NCBI GenBank assembly: GCA_963831295.1
Contig: CAWHPR010000002.1
Span: 319,964 to 383,963, forward strand
DNA: 64,000 nt
Source of the DNA: an uncultured Thermoleophilia bacterium
GTDB lineage: Bacteria > Actinomycetota > Thermoleophilia > UBA2241
Reading direction: 5' to 3'
In this document: in pieces, positions 1 to 7,996 of the stretch
How the letters are laid out: every line of letters starts with the position of its first letter
Position numbering within the stretch: the first letter of the stretch is position 1
Program-made: the position numbers and the translations under genes
The notes under the pieces: generated by a model
Seen by the model: the letters and a program-made list of their open reading frames with translations, nothing else
What the model was told of the DNA's origin: nothing
The model's database searches: none

Positions 1-448
1 CCCAGCCGATGATGTCGGCCGTCGCCTCCGCCATCTGCGCCCGCACGATGGCGTAGGAGGAGTAGAGCGACACGCGCTCGAGCAGGAAGGACAACATGAC
101 CAGCGCGCCGCCGGCCAGCAGACCGTAGACCAGGACCAGCACGGTCTCGGCTCTGAGCAGCTGCTGATCGACCATGACGACGATCGCGAACGCGAGGCAC
201 AAGAAGGCGGCCGCCCCGACGATGCGCGGTCGCATCGAGATGGCCAGCAGCGTCAGCGGCACGAGGTAGAAGCCGGACCAGATGAGACCGTGGACCCGGA
301 TGTCGAGGTAGAAGACCGTGGCGATGCCGACGGCCGCGACCAGACCCACGAGGACAGGATGACGCTGGAGCCACTCGAGGCGACGCACCACCTGCGGGTG
401 CCGGCGGGCCGCGGCGACGAACCTGGCCGTGCGTTCGGTCCTCTCCAC
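1..448 (-). CDS. N-terminal part of a membrane protein, probably the sensor region of a signalling protein; runs off the window edge
   Basis: Read manually: GTG at 448 after GAAAGGGG, open to base 1 (MERTERTARF...LVGLVAAVGIATVFYLDI...GFYLVPLTLLAI), several hydrophobic helices. Confidence 0.6.
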   Translation of the reverse strand, partial: MERTERTARFVAAARRHPQVVRRLEWLQRHPVLVGLVAAVGIATVFYLDIRVHGLIWSGFYLVPLTLLAISMRPRIVGAAAFLCLAFAIVVMVDQQLLRAETVLVLVYGLLAGGALVMLSFLLERVSLYSSYAIVRAQMAEATADIIGW

Positions 449-544
449 GCGTCCCCTTTCGTCGACCCCGATCCGTGACGCAGGGTGGCGACCATAGTAC
501 GGCCGCGCCCGGGAGGTGACAACCGCCGCGAGAGCCGGCTTGAG

Positions 545-1279
545 CTAGCGGGCCCTTGTCTCGAGGCGCCGGCGCACCTTCTCCGAGGTCAGCTCCCGCA
601 GCGCGTCGCGGGCGATCCAGCGCGCGCTGCGCGCGCATTCTCCGCCGGCCTCGGCAGCGGCCAGGATCTCTTCGGCGCAGGCCACGGCCGCCGCGTTCAG
701 GGCGAGGTCGCGCTTGCCGATGTTGCGTAGCGCCCAGTTGGCGGCCTTCTTCACGTAGTTGCGCCCATCCCCCGCCTCACGGCGCACGAGGGACAGGAAC
801 GCGACGAAGAGCTCGTCCCCCGCAGCCTTGTCCTGCGCCGCCAGCGCCGCGATCATGGCGAAGCCGGCGCGCTTCTCGAACTCGGGCTCTCGCCCGCACC
901 ACTCGCGCGCCTTCTCGCAGGCGAGCGCGGTCTTGTCGAAGAGGTTCGAGGTCACCTGATCGCAGAGATCCCACGAGTCGAAGTCGGCGACCCAGTCGTC
1001 CATCTGCGACCCGTCGACCAGCCCGGGGTCGTCGACCATGCTGGCCAGCAGCCGCGCCTCGTGCCGGCCGGTCCTCCAGAGCGCGAGCGCCAGCTCGTGA
1101 TCGCGGCCGAGCTCCTTCGCGATGCGGCGCAGCTCGTAGATGGAGACGCCCGCGGCGCGCTCCACGTTGATCCCGTAGCGCGCCATGCCGGCACGGGCCG
1201 CCTCGCTGCCGAGTGCCGGCATGCGTCTGACGAGACCGGCCGCTCGTGACTCGGCCCGCTGGATCCGATCTTCAGTCAT
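545..1279 (-). CDS. DNA alkylation repair protein (AlkD-like)
   Basis: Motifs LALALWRTGRHEARLLA, WVADFDSWDLCDQV, NYVKKAANWALRNIGKR. Start moved to ATG 1279 (MTEDRIQ). Confidence 0.85.
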   Translation of the reverse strand: MTEDRIQRAESRAAGLVRRMPALGSEAARAGMARYGINVERAAGVSIYELRRIAKELGRDHELALALWRTGRHEARLLASMVDDPGLVDGSQMDDWVADFDSWDLCDQVTSNLFDKTALACEKAREWCGREPEFEKRAGFAMIAALAAQDKAAGDELFVAFLSLVRREAGDGRNYVKKAANWALRNIGKRDLALNAAAVACAEEILAAAEAGGECARSARWIARDALRELTSEKVRRRLETRAR

Positions 1280-1299
1280 GACCGGGGCGGCCGCGTCGC

Positions 1300-1803
1300 T
1301 CAGTCGCGACGGCCCGAGAGCAGGCGGGCGAGGCTGCCGGCGCCGAAGACCGCCATCAAGGCGGCGACCACCACCCCGATGCCGGCCCCGAGCGCCGCCG
1401 CGCCACGAGGCTGCAGGAGGACACGCGCCCCTTCGCCCAGCTCCGCGTGGCGCGCCAGCACGAGCCCCACGAAACCGCGCTCGACCTTGACCGCGGGTGC
1501 CGCGACGACGGCAGCGCCACCCGATTCGACCGTCACGTCGCCAACGGCGAGCAACCACTGGGCGCCTCCCTGGCGCAGCGTCGCATCGCCCGTCGCGACG
1601 ACCGCCGTCGCCCCCGACTGGGTGAGAGCGACACCGCTGCCGGAGAGCACCGACGCCGCGAGGCTCTGGCGGACCTCGGTCGCGCCCGTGGTCGCCACCA
1701 CTCCGACGGCGCTCCGTTCGACCGTCGCGGTATCACCGCGCACGGCGAAGGCCAGCGAGCGCTCGACGGCGGCGCCCCTCGAGTCGGCCTGGGTGTCGGT
1801 CAT
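1300..1803 (-). CDS. Hypothetical protein with about 16-residue beta-strand-like repeats and a C-terminal hydrophobic helix
   Basis: 167 aa, RBS GGAGGA upstream, same strand as neighbours, typical GC3-rich codons. Confidence 0.7.
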   Translation of the reverse strand: MTDTQADSRGAAVERSLAFAVRGDTATVERSAVGVVATTGATEVRQSLAASVLSGSGVALTQSGATAVVATGDATLRQGGAQWLLAVGDVTVESGGAAVVAAPAVKVERGFVGLVLARHAELGEGARVLLQPRGAAALGAGIGVVVAALMAVFGAGSLARLLSGRRD

Positions 1804-1890
1804 GGGGGTCCTCCCTCTCGAGCTCTCGCCGGTGCGCGCCGGCCACGCCCGCTGATTGTACCGCCGAGGCCGGCCCCGGTCGTTGTGGGC

Positions 1891-3726
1891 TCAGCCCCGC
1901 ACGACGGGCAACGTCACGAAGGAGGGGTGCTCGACGCTGTGAAGCACGGCGTTGTGCGCCACCCGGCGCTCGGCGGTGAGCTCGGCCGACTCGCCGGTGT
2001 TGAGATTGCGATCGTAGCGGTCGAAGTCGCTGCTCGAGACCTCGAGACGCAGCCGGTGCCCCGCCGGCACGAGATAGCTCGTCGCCCCGAGATCGACCGC
2101 CGTCTTCTTGACGGCGCCGGGCTCCAGCTCGGGAACGCGGCGCTCCCCCCGACAACGCGAGAGCCGGGTGATCCCCTCCTGGACAAGGCGAGTACGCCCG
2201 TCGGGATACACGTCGACGAGCGCCGCCGCGAAATCGGTGTCCGTGCAGGAAGAGACGACGGACAGTGTGACGATGATCGGACCGGTCAACTCGACATCGG
2301 CGGCGAGCGGAGCGCTCGTGTAGCAGAGGACGTCGGGCCGCGCCTCGACGTTGTCGCGGCCCTCCACGTGCGCGGTCATCTCCCAGACCGAGCGTCCGAG
2401 CCACGGACTGACCGGGTCGTCCGGGTCGTACGCGTACGTGTCGCGCTCCGCGGACGGCAGCCCGGCCGCCGGCTCAGGCGACTCCTCTCCGACGAGCACG
2501 CCGTCACCGGCCGCGCTGTTCGCGTTGCCGCCCGACAGCAGACGCCAGCGCTGGAATTCGGTGCGCGCCAGCGGCCACTCGCGCTCGAAGCGCCACGCGT
2601 CGCGCCCCATCGCGTAGAGCTCGACGAGCGGCCGCTCCGCCCACCCGCTGTCGCGGCCTTTGAGCCAGTGGTCGAAGAAGAGGTGCAGGCGGTCCCGCAT
2701 GAAGCCGATGCCGGGGACCGGCAGCGAGCCGACGCATCCCCGCCGCTCGGCGGTGGCGGCGTGATCGTCAGGCGCGACGACGAGCCACTGCCGCTCGCGG
2801 GCCCGTGCGCTCTCACTGCGCCCGGCGACCGCCCGCCACCCGTCGATGGTGCCCTTGAGGAAGATGTCGTACCAGCCGCCGTAGTGGAGGATCGGGATGC
2901 GCACGCTGGCGTAGTCCTCGACCAAGGTGAGCGGAGCCCAGAACGAGTCCCGGCAGGGGTGAGCGAGGACCTCTTCCAGGAGCTCATTGGGCCTCCCCGC
3001 CGCCACGGCCGCCCCGGCAAGCGGCAGGTGCGAGCGCTCGAGGAGGCCGGGTTCGGCGGAGTCACGACCGGCGCGCGTGAAGAGCCACTCGCCCATGCTG
3101 GCTAGACAGAACGCACCGCCGTTGTACGCCCACACGCCGTACACGTCGGCCGCCGTGCGCCCCAGGGCGAGAGCCTTGAGTGCCGGGTGCCCACTGGCCG
3201 CGACCGCCCACTGGGCGTAGCCTGCATACGACTCGCCGGTCATGCCGATGTCCCCGACGCACCACGGCTGTCGCGCCAGCCAGTCGAGCGTGTCGCGACC
3301 GTCGTCAGCCTCCTGCACGAACGGGCGGAACTCGCCGTCGGAGCCACCCCGGCCACGTACGTCCTGAGCGACGAACGCGAAACCCTTACGCGCCCAGAAC
3401 CGACCGAGCGCGGGGACTCCTGCCTCGACGACTCGACGACCGTCGTCCGTACGCAGGAGCAGGACCGGCCAGACCCCGGGCGTCGCCGCCTCGCTACGCA
3501 CACCGCGCGCGCGCTGCCCGTGCGCAAGCGGGGGACCCGCCGGGAAGTAGACGTCGGCGCGCAGCACGACACCGTCGCGCATGGGCATCTCGATGTCGCG
3601 CCAGACGCGGACCGCCCCGTACTCGTCAGGGGTGTGTGTCGGGAGCGCCGACACACCCAGCGCGCGGCGGGCGGCGGCGGCGACACGCGCGGCGGCGCCG
3701 GGCCTCTGCTCGGAGGACGACATCAC
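1891..3726 (-). CDS. CocE/NonD family serine hydrolase
   Basis: MPMRDGVVLRADVY, QDVRGRGGSDG, nucleophile elbow GESYAG, C-terminal GHRLRLEVSSSDFDRYDRNLNTG. Confidence 0.9.
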   Translation of the reverse strand: MMSSSEQRPGAAARVAAAARRALGVSALPTHTPDEYGAVRVWRDIEMPMRDGVVLRADVYFPAGPPLAHGQRARGVRSEAATPGVWPVLLLRTDDGRRVVEAGVPALGRFWARKGFAFVAQDVRGRGGSDGEFRPFVQEADDGRDTLDWLARQPWCVGDIGMTGESYAGYAQWAVAASGHPALKALALGRTAADVYGVWAYNGGAFCLASMGEWLFTRAGRDSAEPGLLERSHLPLAGAAVAAGRPNELLEEVLAHPCRDSFWAPLTLVEDYASVRIPILHYGGWYDIFLKGTIDGWRAVAGRSESARARERQWLVVAPDDHAATAERRGCVGSLPVPGIGFMRDRLHLFFDHWLKGRDSGWAERPLVELYAMGRDAWRFEREWPLARTEFQRWRLLSGGNANSAAGDGVLVGEESPEPAAGLPSAERDTYAYDPDDPVSPWLGRSVWEMTAHVEGRDNVEARPDVLCYTSAPLAADVELTGPIIVTLSVVSSCTDTDFAAALVDVYPDGRTRLVQEGITRLSRCRGERRVPELEPGAVKKTAVDLGATSYLVPAGHRLRLEVSSSDFDRYDRNLNTGESAELTAERRVAHNAVLHSVEHPSFVTLPVVRG

Positions 3727-5181
3727 TCAGCCGCGCAGTTCGGCGTCGGCTGCGGCGAGGATACGTGACAGCTCGGCTCGCAGGTCGTCGTCGAGCGGCT
3801 CGGGGTGGTAGTCGTGCCCCAGCCGTTCGCCGCGCTCCCGAGCGACCTCGAGCGGATCGCGGAAGAGGCCGTCGACGCCGGGCTGGTGCGTGACCGCACG
3901 AGCGAGAGAAGAGCGCATGTGCGTCCGCGTGTGACGGTGCGCCAGGTAGTGACCCCCGGGGCCGACGTCGCGGACCGCGCCGAGGGCCAGCGTCTCCTCG
4001 TCGACCTCCAGTGGGAGCAGCGACGTGCGAGCGCGATGGTAGAGATCGTCGCCCAGCATGAGGTGCTCGGCGTAGAACGTCGTGTAGACGTCGACCAGAC
4101 CGATCGACGGCATCAGGTCCGAGCCTTCGCGCGCGGCGAGCGCAAGATCGAAGGCCTCCTCGGCGCCCGCCTGCCAGGTGCCGGGCGTCTTCGAGTCGGT
4201 GCCGCAGGCGGCCGACTCCGCCGGCAGCCCCCAGTGGTGGACCAGGGCGGTGGCCAGCCCGCGGGCGCGTGTGTCGAGAGGGAAGCTGACAAAGGCGCCG
4301 GTCCTGGGATCGGCGTGGCTCTGCATGATCGACCCGAGCACCGGCGCCCCGGGCACGACAAGCTGGATCAGCACCACGGCCGCCACGATCTCCGCCATGC
4401 CGAGCGCGAAGGCGCCGGCCTGAGTGGCCGGCGCCGTTGTACCGAGCGTCGGCATCGTGACGAAGCAGACGGGCACCCCGGCCTCGGCGAAGACCAGCGC
4501 CGCCTCGATGCCGTCGGTGTCCTGCATGAGCGGCGAGACCGTCCCGATGAGGTCGCTCATGACGGGCCGGCGGCGGAGGCTGTCGGAGCCGCCGGCCACC
4601 GCGCGGGCCATCTCCACCGCGTACCTCGCGTGCCGCTCGCCGTTCACCATCCCCTGCAGGTGCTTCACGGTGTTGTTCCAGCCCGCGTCGAGCTCGTGCA
4701 ACTGGGCCGTCTCGCCGCAGTCCCCGGCCCCGACCGTGGGCCACCAGAAGCTGATGCTCGACAGGGCGTCCTGCAGACGGGTCACGGCAGCGACGTCGGC
4801 CTTGGTCGAAAGCCGGATCTTGCCGCTCTCCACGTCGACGATCTTCGTCCCGCACCCGTCGGTCGTGCAGTACGTACGCCCGTCGCCGACGCTGAGGTCG
4901 TAGGCGGGGTCCCGGGCGCCGAGCACGAAGCGTCGCGGCGCCCTGGCGACGGCGTCGAGCACCAGGTCGGGCTCGAAGGTCGCCACCTGGCGCTCGCGAT
5001 CGACGCGCACGCCGTGTTCTACGAGAAGGTCGATGGCGCGGATCGAGGGGAACTGCACGCCCACGGTCGCCAGGATGTCCAGCGTCGCCTGCTGCAAGGC
5101 ATCCAGCTCTGCCGCGTCGTGGTGCGTCCACGCGGCGCGCGGCTCCAGCGGCTGGATCCGCGGACGTTCGCTGTACTGCAC
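3727..5181 (-). CDS. mttB: MttB-family (trimethylamine/quaternary amine) corrinoid methyltransferase, pyrrolysine-free
   Basis: LDILATVGVQF, GTVSPL, TMPTLGTTAPATQAG, GTDSK, C-terminal GPGGHYL and DYHPEPLD. No in-frame TAG. Start taken as GTG 5181. Confidence 0.85.
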   Translation of the reverse strand: MQYSERPRIQPLEPRAAWTHHDAAELDALQQATLDILATVGVQFPSIRAIDLLVEHGVRVDRERQVATFEPDLVLDAVARAPRRFVLGARDPAYDLSVGDGRTYCTTDGCGTKIVDVESGKIRLSTKADVAAVTRLQDALSSISFWWPTVGAGDCGETAQLHELDAGWNNTVKHLQGMVNGERHARYAVEMARAVAGGSDSLRRRPVMSDLIGTVSPLMQDTDGIEAALVFAEAGVPVCFVTMPTLGTTAPATQAGAFALGMAEIVAAVVLIQLVVPGAPVLGSIMQSHADPRTGAFVSFPLDTRARGLATALVHHWGLPAESAACGTDSKTPGTWQAGAEEAFDLALAAREGSDLMPSIGLVDVYTTFYAEHLMLGDDLYHRARTSLLPLEVDEETLALGAVRDVGPGGHYLAHRHTRTHMRSSLARAVTHQPGVDGLFRDPLEVARERGERLGHDYHPEPLDDDLRAELSRILAAADAELRG

Positions 5182-5354
5182 AGGTCGACCCCCTGGTCGC
5201 TCACACCCCCGCTCGCCGCGATCGGCGGGCGCTCGCGCGGGCGCTGGAATGGGCGACGGCCGCCGCTGCGGCCGCCGCCCATTCATACCAGAAGCACCGC
5301 GGCCGGAACACCTGAGTCTCTCCGCCGGCGCCGGCCGGCGACTGCCCGCGATCA

Positions 5355-6257
5355 CTAGTCGCCGCGCAGGCGCGTCTCGGCGTCGAGGGCGTGCGCCTCG
5401 ATGGCAGCGGCAAGTCCCGGCGCCTGCTCGACCGGCAAGAGATGCCCGCCGTCGAGCTCGAGCAGACGGGCGCCCGCACCGACCGCCCGGGCGAGGTCGT
5501 GTGCGTGCGAGACCGGCACGACCGCGTCGTGGCAGCCGTGGACCACGAGCACCGGAGGAGAGAGACCACCGACGAGGTCCTTGAGATCGAATCCCGCCCT
5601 CGCGGCCTCGCACGCCGGCCCAAGCCCCGCGTCCAACTCTCCCCCCCACGCCGCGGCGACCTCAGCCTCGGCGACGAGCGCCGCCAGCACGTCGCCGTGT
5701 CGTTCGGCCCAACCCGTGGAGAGCCCGCGAACGGTCTGGGCGCGGTCGCGGGGGGCCAACGCCTCCGCGGCGACCCCCCGTGCGGAGAATGGGACCGAGA
5801 TCAGCGTGAGCGAAGCGATCGCCTCTGGCGCCTCGAGCGCCGCCAGCGCCGCGGTGACGCCCCCGAGAGCGTGACCGACGAGATGGACGGGCCGGTCGAA
5901 GAGCCCGTGCGCGATCCGGAGAGCGTCTGCGGCGGCTGGGCCGGGCGCGGCCACACCATGGCCGCGCCCGGCCCAGCCGCCGCCCCGCGCATCCCAGACG
6001 ACCACCTGCAGCGACGTATCGAAAGGGTCAGGAGGCGCCAGCGGCGCGAAGAGCGTGCGTTCGGTCTCATCGAGACAGAGGCCGGGCAACAGCGCACGCC
6101 ACCCCCGCATGGCGCCGTCACCGCCGGCCAGGAGCAGCAAGGCCGGCGCCGCATCCTCTTCGCGCGACCCGAATCGCCGAAGCGGCAGGGGGCAACCGTC
6201 GGCCGTCTTCACCAAGAGAGGGTCGTTGCGGGTCGCGAAGGTGTCGTCAGTGCTCAC
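5355..6257 (-). CDS. Alpha/beta-hydrolase-fold protein with Ala at the nucleophile position
   Basis: VVWDARGGG, HLVGHALGG (normally GHSxGG), VVHGCHDAVVP, GGHLL. Start taken as GTG 6257. Confidence 0.75.
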   Translation of the reverse strand: MSTDDTFATRNDPLLVKTADGCPLPLRRFGSREEDAAPALLLLAGGDGAMRGWRALLPGLCLDETERTLFAPLAPPDPFDTSLQVVVWDARGGGWAGRGHGVAAPGPAAADALRIAHGLFDRPVHLVGHALGGVTAALAALEAPEAIASLTLISVPFSARGVAAEALAPRDRAQTVRGLSTGWAERHGDVLAALVAEAEVAAAWGGELDAGLGPACEAARAGFDLKDLVGGLSPPVLVVHGCHDAVVPVSHAHDLARAVGAGARLLELDGGHLLPVEQAPGLAAAIEAHALDAETRLRGD

Positions 6258-6287
6258 GCCGTCATGGTATCGCAGTCGCATGACAAT

Positions 6288-6303
6288 ATACCCCCTGGGG
6301 TAT
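6288..6303. promoter_or_regulatory. GC-tract palindrome resembling a CsoR/RcnR-family operator
   Basis: ATACCCC-CT-GGGGTAT, a perfect 7-bp inverted repeat between the divergent hydrolase and ferredoxin genes. Confidence 0.5.
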
Positions 6304-6346
6304 CCTATGGTCAGGACCTGCACAGCCGCGACCCCACGGAGAGCCA

Positions 6347-6556
6347 ATGATCGCGATCGACGAACGCTACTGCCCCAAGAACCACTACTGCCCTGCCGTC
6401 CATTCTTGCCCGGTCGGCGCTATCGTGCAGGACGACTACCACTCGGCGCCGCGCATCGACGCCGAGCTCTGCACAGACTGCGGTGTCTGCACGGCGCAGT
6501 GCCGCACGTTCGTACAGGTCGACACCCCCGCCTGGACACCCGCCAGCGTGACCTGA
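6347..6556 (+). CDS. Small 4Fe-4S ferredoxin-like protein
   Basis: CTDCGVCTAQC (CxxCxxCxxxC) plus N-terminal CPKNHYCPAVHSCP. RBS GGAG. Confidence 0.85.
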   Translation: MIAIDERYCPKNHYCPAVHSCPVGAIVQDDYHSAPRIDAELCTDCGVCTAQCRTFVQVDTPAWTPASVT

Positions 6557-6613
6557 CCCGGCCCCGCGTCGCACACCTCCCCAGCGGCGGTCTCGTCTGG
6601 TACCGTTCGCCAC

Positions 6614-7558
6614 GTGCCACGGCCACTGGTCATCGCGAATCCCGCTGCCGGCAGAGGCCACAGCGCGCACGACATCGCCGCGCTCCTCGGCGCTGTCCGG
6701 GAGCGGATCGGCGACGTCGACCTCGCGGTCAGCGAACGGGCCGGCCACGCCGCCGACTTGGCACAGCACGCCGTCGCCGCAGGCCGGGAACTGATCGTCG
6801 GTCTCGGCGGCGACGGCACCCTCCACGAGATCGTGAACGGCCTTCTCGCCGAGGGACCCCCAGCCGGGCCCACCCTCGCCATCCTCGCGGTCGGCACCGG
6901 CAGCGATTTTGGCCGGTCGCTCGGACTCGCGCATGGCGCTTCGGCCTATCTCGAAGCACTCGGCGCCGGACGCCGCCACACTGTGGACGTGGGCCGCGCC
7001 CGGTTCGTCGGGCGCGACGGCAACCCCGGGGCGTGCTACTGGGTGAACGTCCTCTCCGCCGGCGTCGGTGGTCTCGTGGACCGTTACGTGGCCGCCCTGC
7101 CGGACCGGATCAGCGGCCGTCTGGCCTACGGCCTCGCGACTGTCGGCGCGCTCGCCGCCTGCCATCGCAGCCGCTTGGCTTGCCGAGCCACACTCGCCGA
7201 TGGACGCACCCTCGAGCGCGAATTCCATGGGCATGCCGTCGCTGTCTGCAACGGACACACGTTCGGTGGGGGCATGCGCATCGCTCCGGATGCCGTCCTC
7301 GACGACGGCCTGTTCGACGTCGTCACCATCGAGAGACGGTCGCGCCTCACGATGCTGCGCGACTTCGCGAGTATCTACTCGGGGACTCACCTGACGAAGA
7401 GCGGCGTGGACCACTTCGTCTGCCGCCGCGTCGAGTTCGAGCCGCTCGACCGGCGGCGGCGGCGCGACGTCTTCCCTCTCGACGTCGACGGCGAACCGCT
7501 CGGTGACGTGCCGCTCGAGATCGAGGTGGTCCCGGCCGCTTTGACCGTCCTCGCCTGA
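6614..7558 (+). CDS. Diacylglycerol/lipid kinase family protein (YegS/BmrU-like)
   Basis: NPAAGRG, GGDGTLHEIVNG, GTGSDF, NGHTFGGGM, DVDGEP. Confidence 0.92.
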   Translation: MPRPLVIANPAAGRGHSAHDIAALLGAVRERIGDVDLAVSERAGHAADLAQHAVAAGRELIVGLGGDGTLHEIVNGLLAEGPPAGPTLAILAVGTGSDFGRSLGLAHGASAYLEALGAGRRHTVDVGRARFVGRDGNPGACYWVNVLSAGVGGLVDRYVAALPDRISGRLAYGLATVGALAACHRSRLACRATLADGRTLEREFHGHAVAVCNGHTFGGGMRIAPDAVLDDGLFDVVTIERRSRLTMLRDFASIYSGTHLTKSGVDHFVCRRVEFEPLDRRRRRDVFPLDVDGEPLGDVPLEIEVVPAALTVLA

Positions 7559-7865
7559 GAGCCGCCTCCCGCGGTGGACGCCGCGGCGCCGCATCGCGCC
7601 GTCCGGGTGCGAAGCGTCCCGCGTCGCCCGATCCTCGTTACACCCTCCTCGAGCGCTCCGCTCGCGACCGCGGGCGCGACCCGGCGATGCGGATGGTTAA
7701 CGTTGCGGCCACCGTCGCGTTGGACTAAGCGGGGTATCCCTGCCGAGCCGCTGCAGAGCTACGGCCCGGCGCACTCCCGGCGGTCGTTCCGTGATCGCGT
7801 GAGAGAGCGCCAAATCGGTCGCCGCCAGCCCCAGGCGGCGGTCGAATCGATACCCCTTGTGCTCT

Positions 7866-7899
7866 GGCGGGCGGTGTGAAGGCCCATCCACCGCCCGCC
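7866..7899. terminator. GC-rich hairpin between convergent genes
   Basis: GGCGGGCGGTG / CACCGCCCGCC, 11-bp stem with 12-nt loop. Confidence 0.4.
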
Positions 7900-7996
7900 G
7901 CCTTCTCTTCGCCCCGCTCGTCTGGGGTCTCTCGCGCCCGCTCGCCGTCGCGCCTGCCGTCCGCAAACACGGCACCGACGTCGGCCATCGCGCGGC

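Noticed and set aside
7574-7990. Small ORFs or ncRNA in the 430-bp gap between the lipid kinase and yhaN
   Set aside because: The ORFs lack RBS, codon bias and motifs, and I saw no RNase P, SRP or tmRNA hallmarks. Only a terminator-like hairpin is supported.
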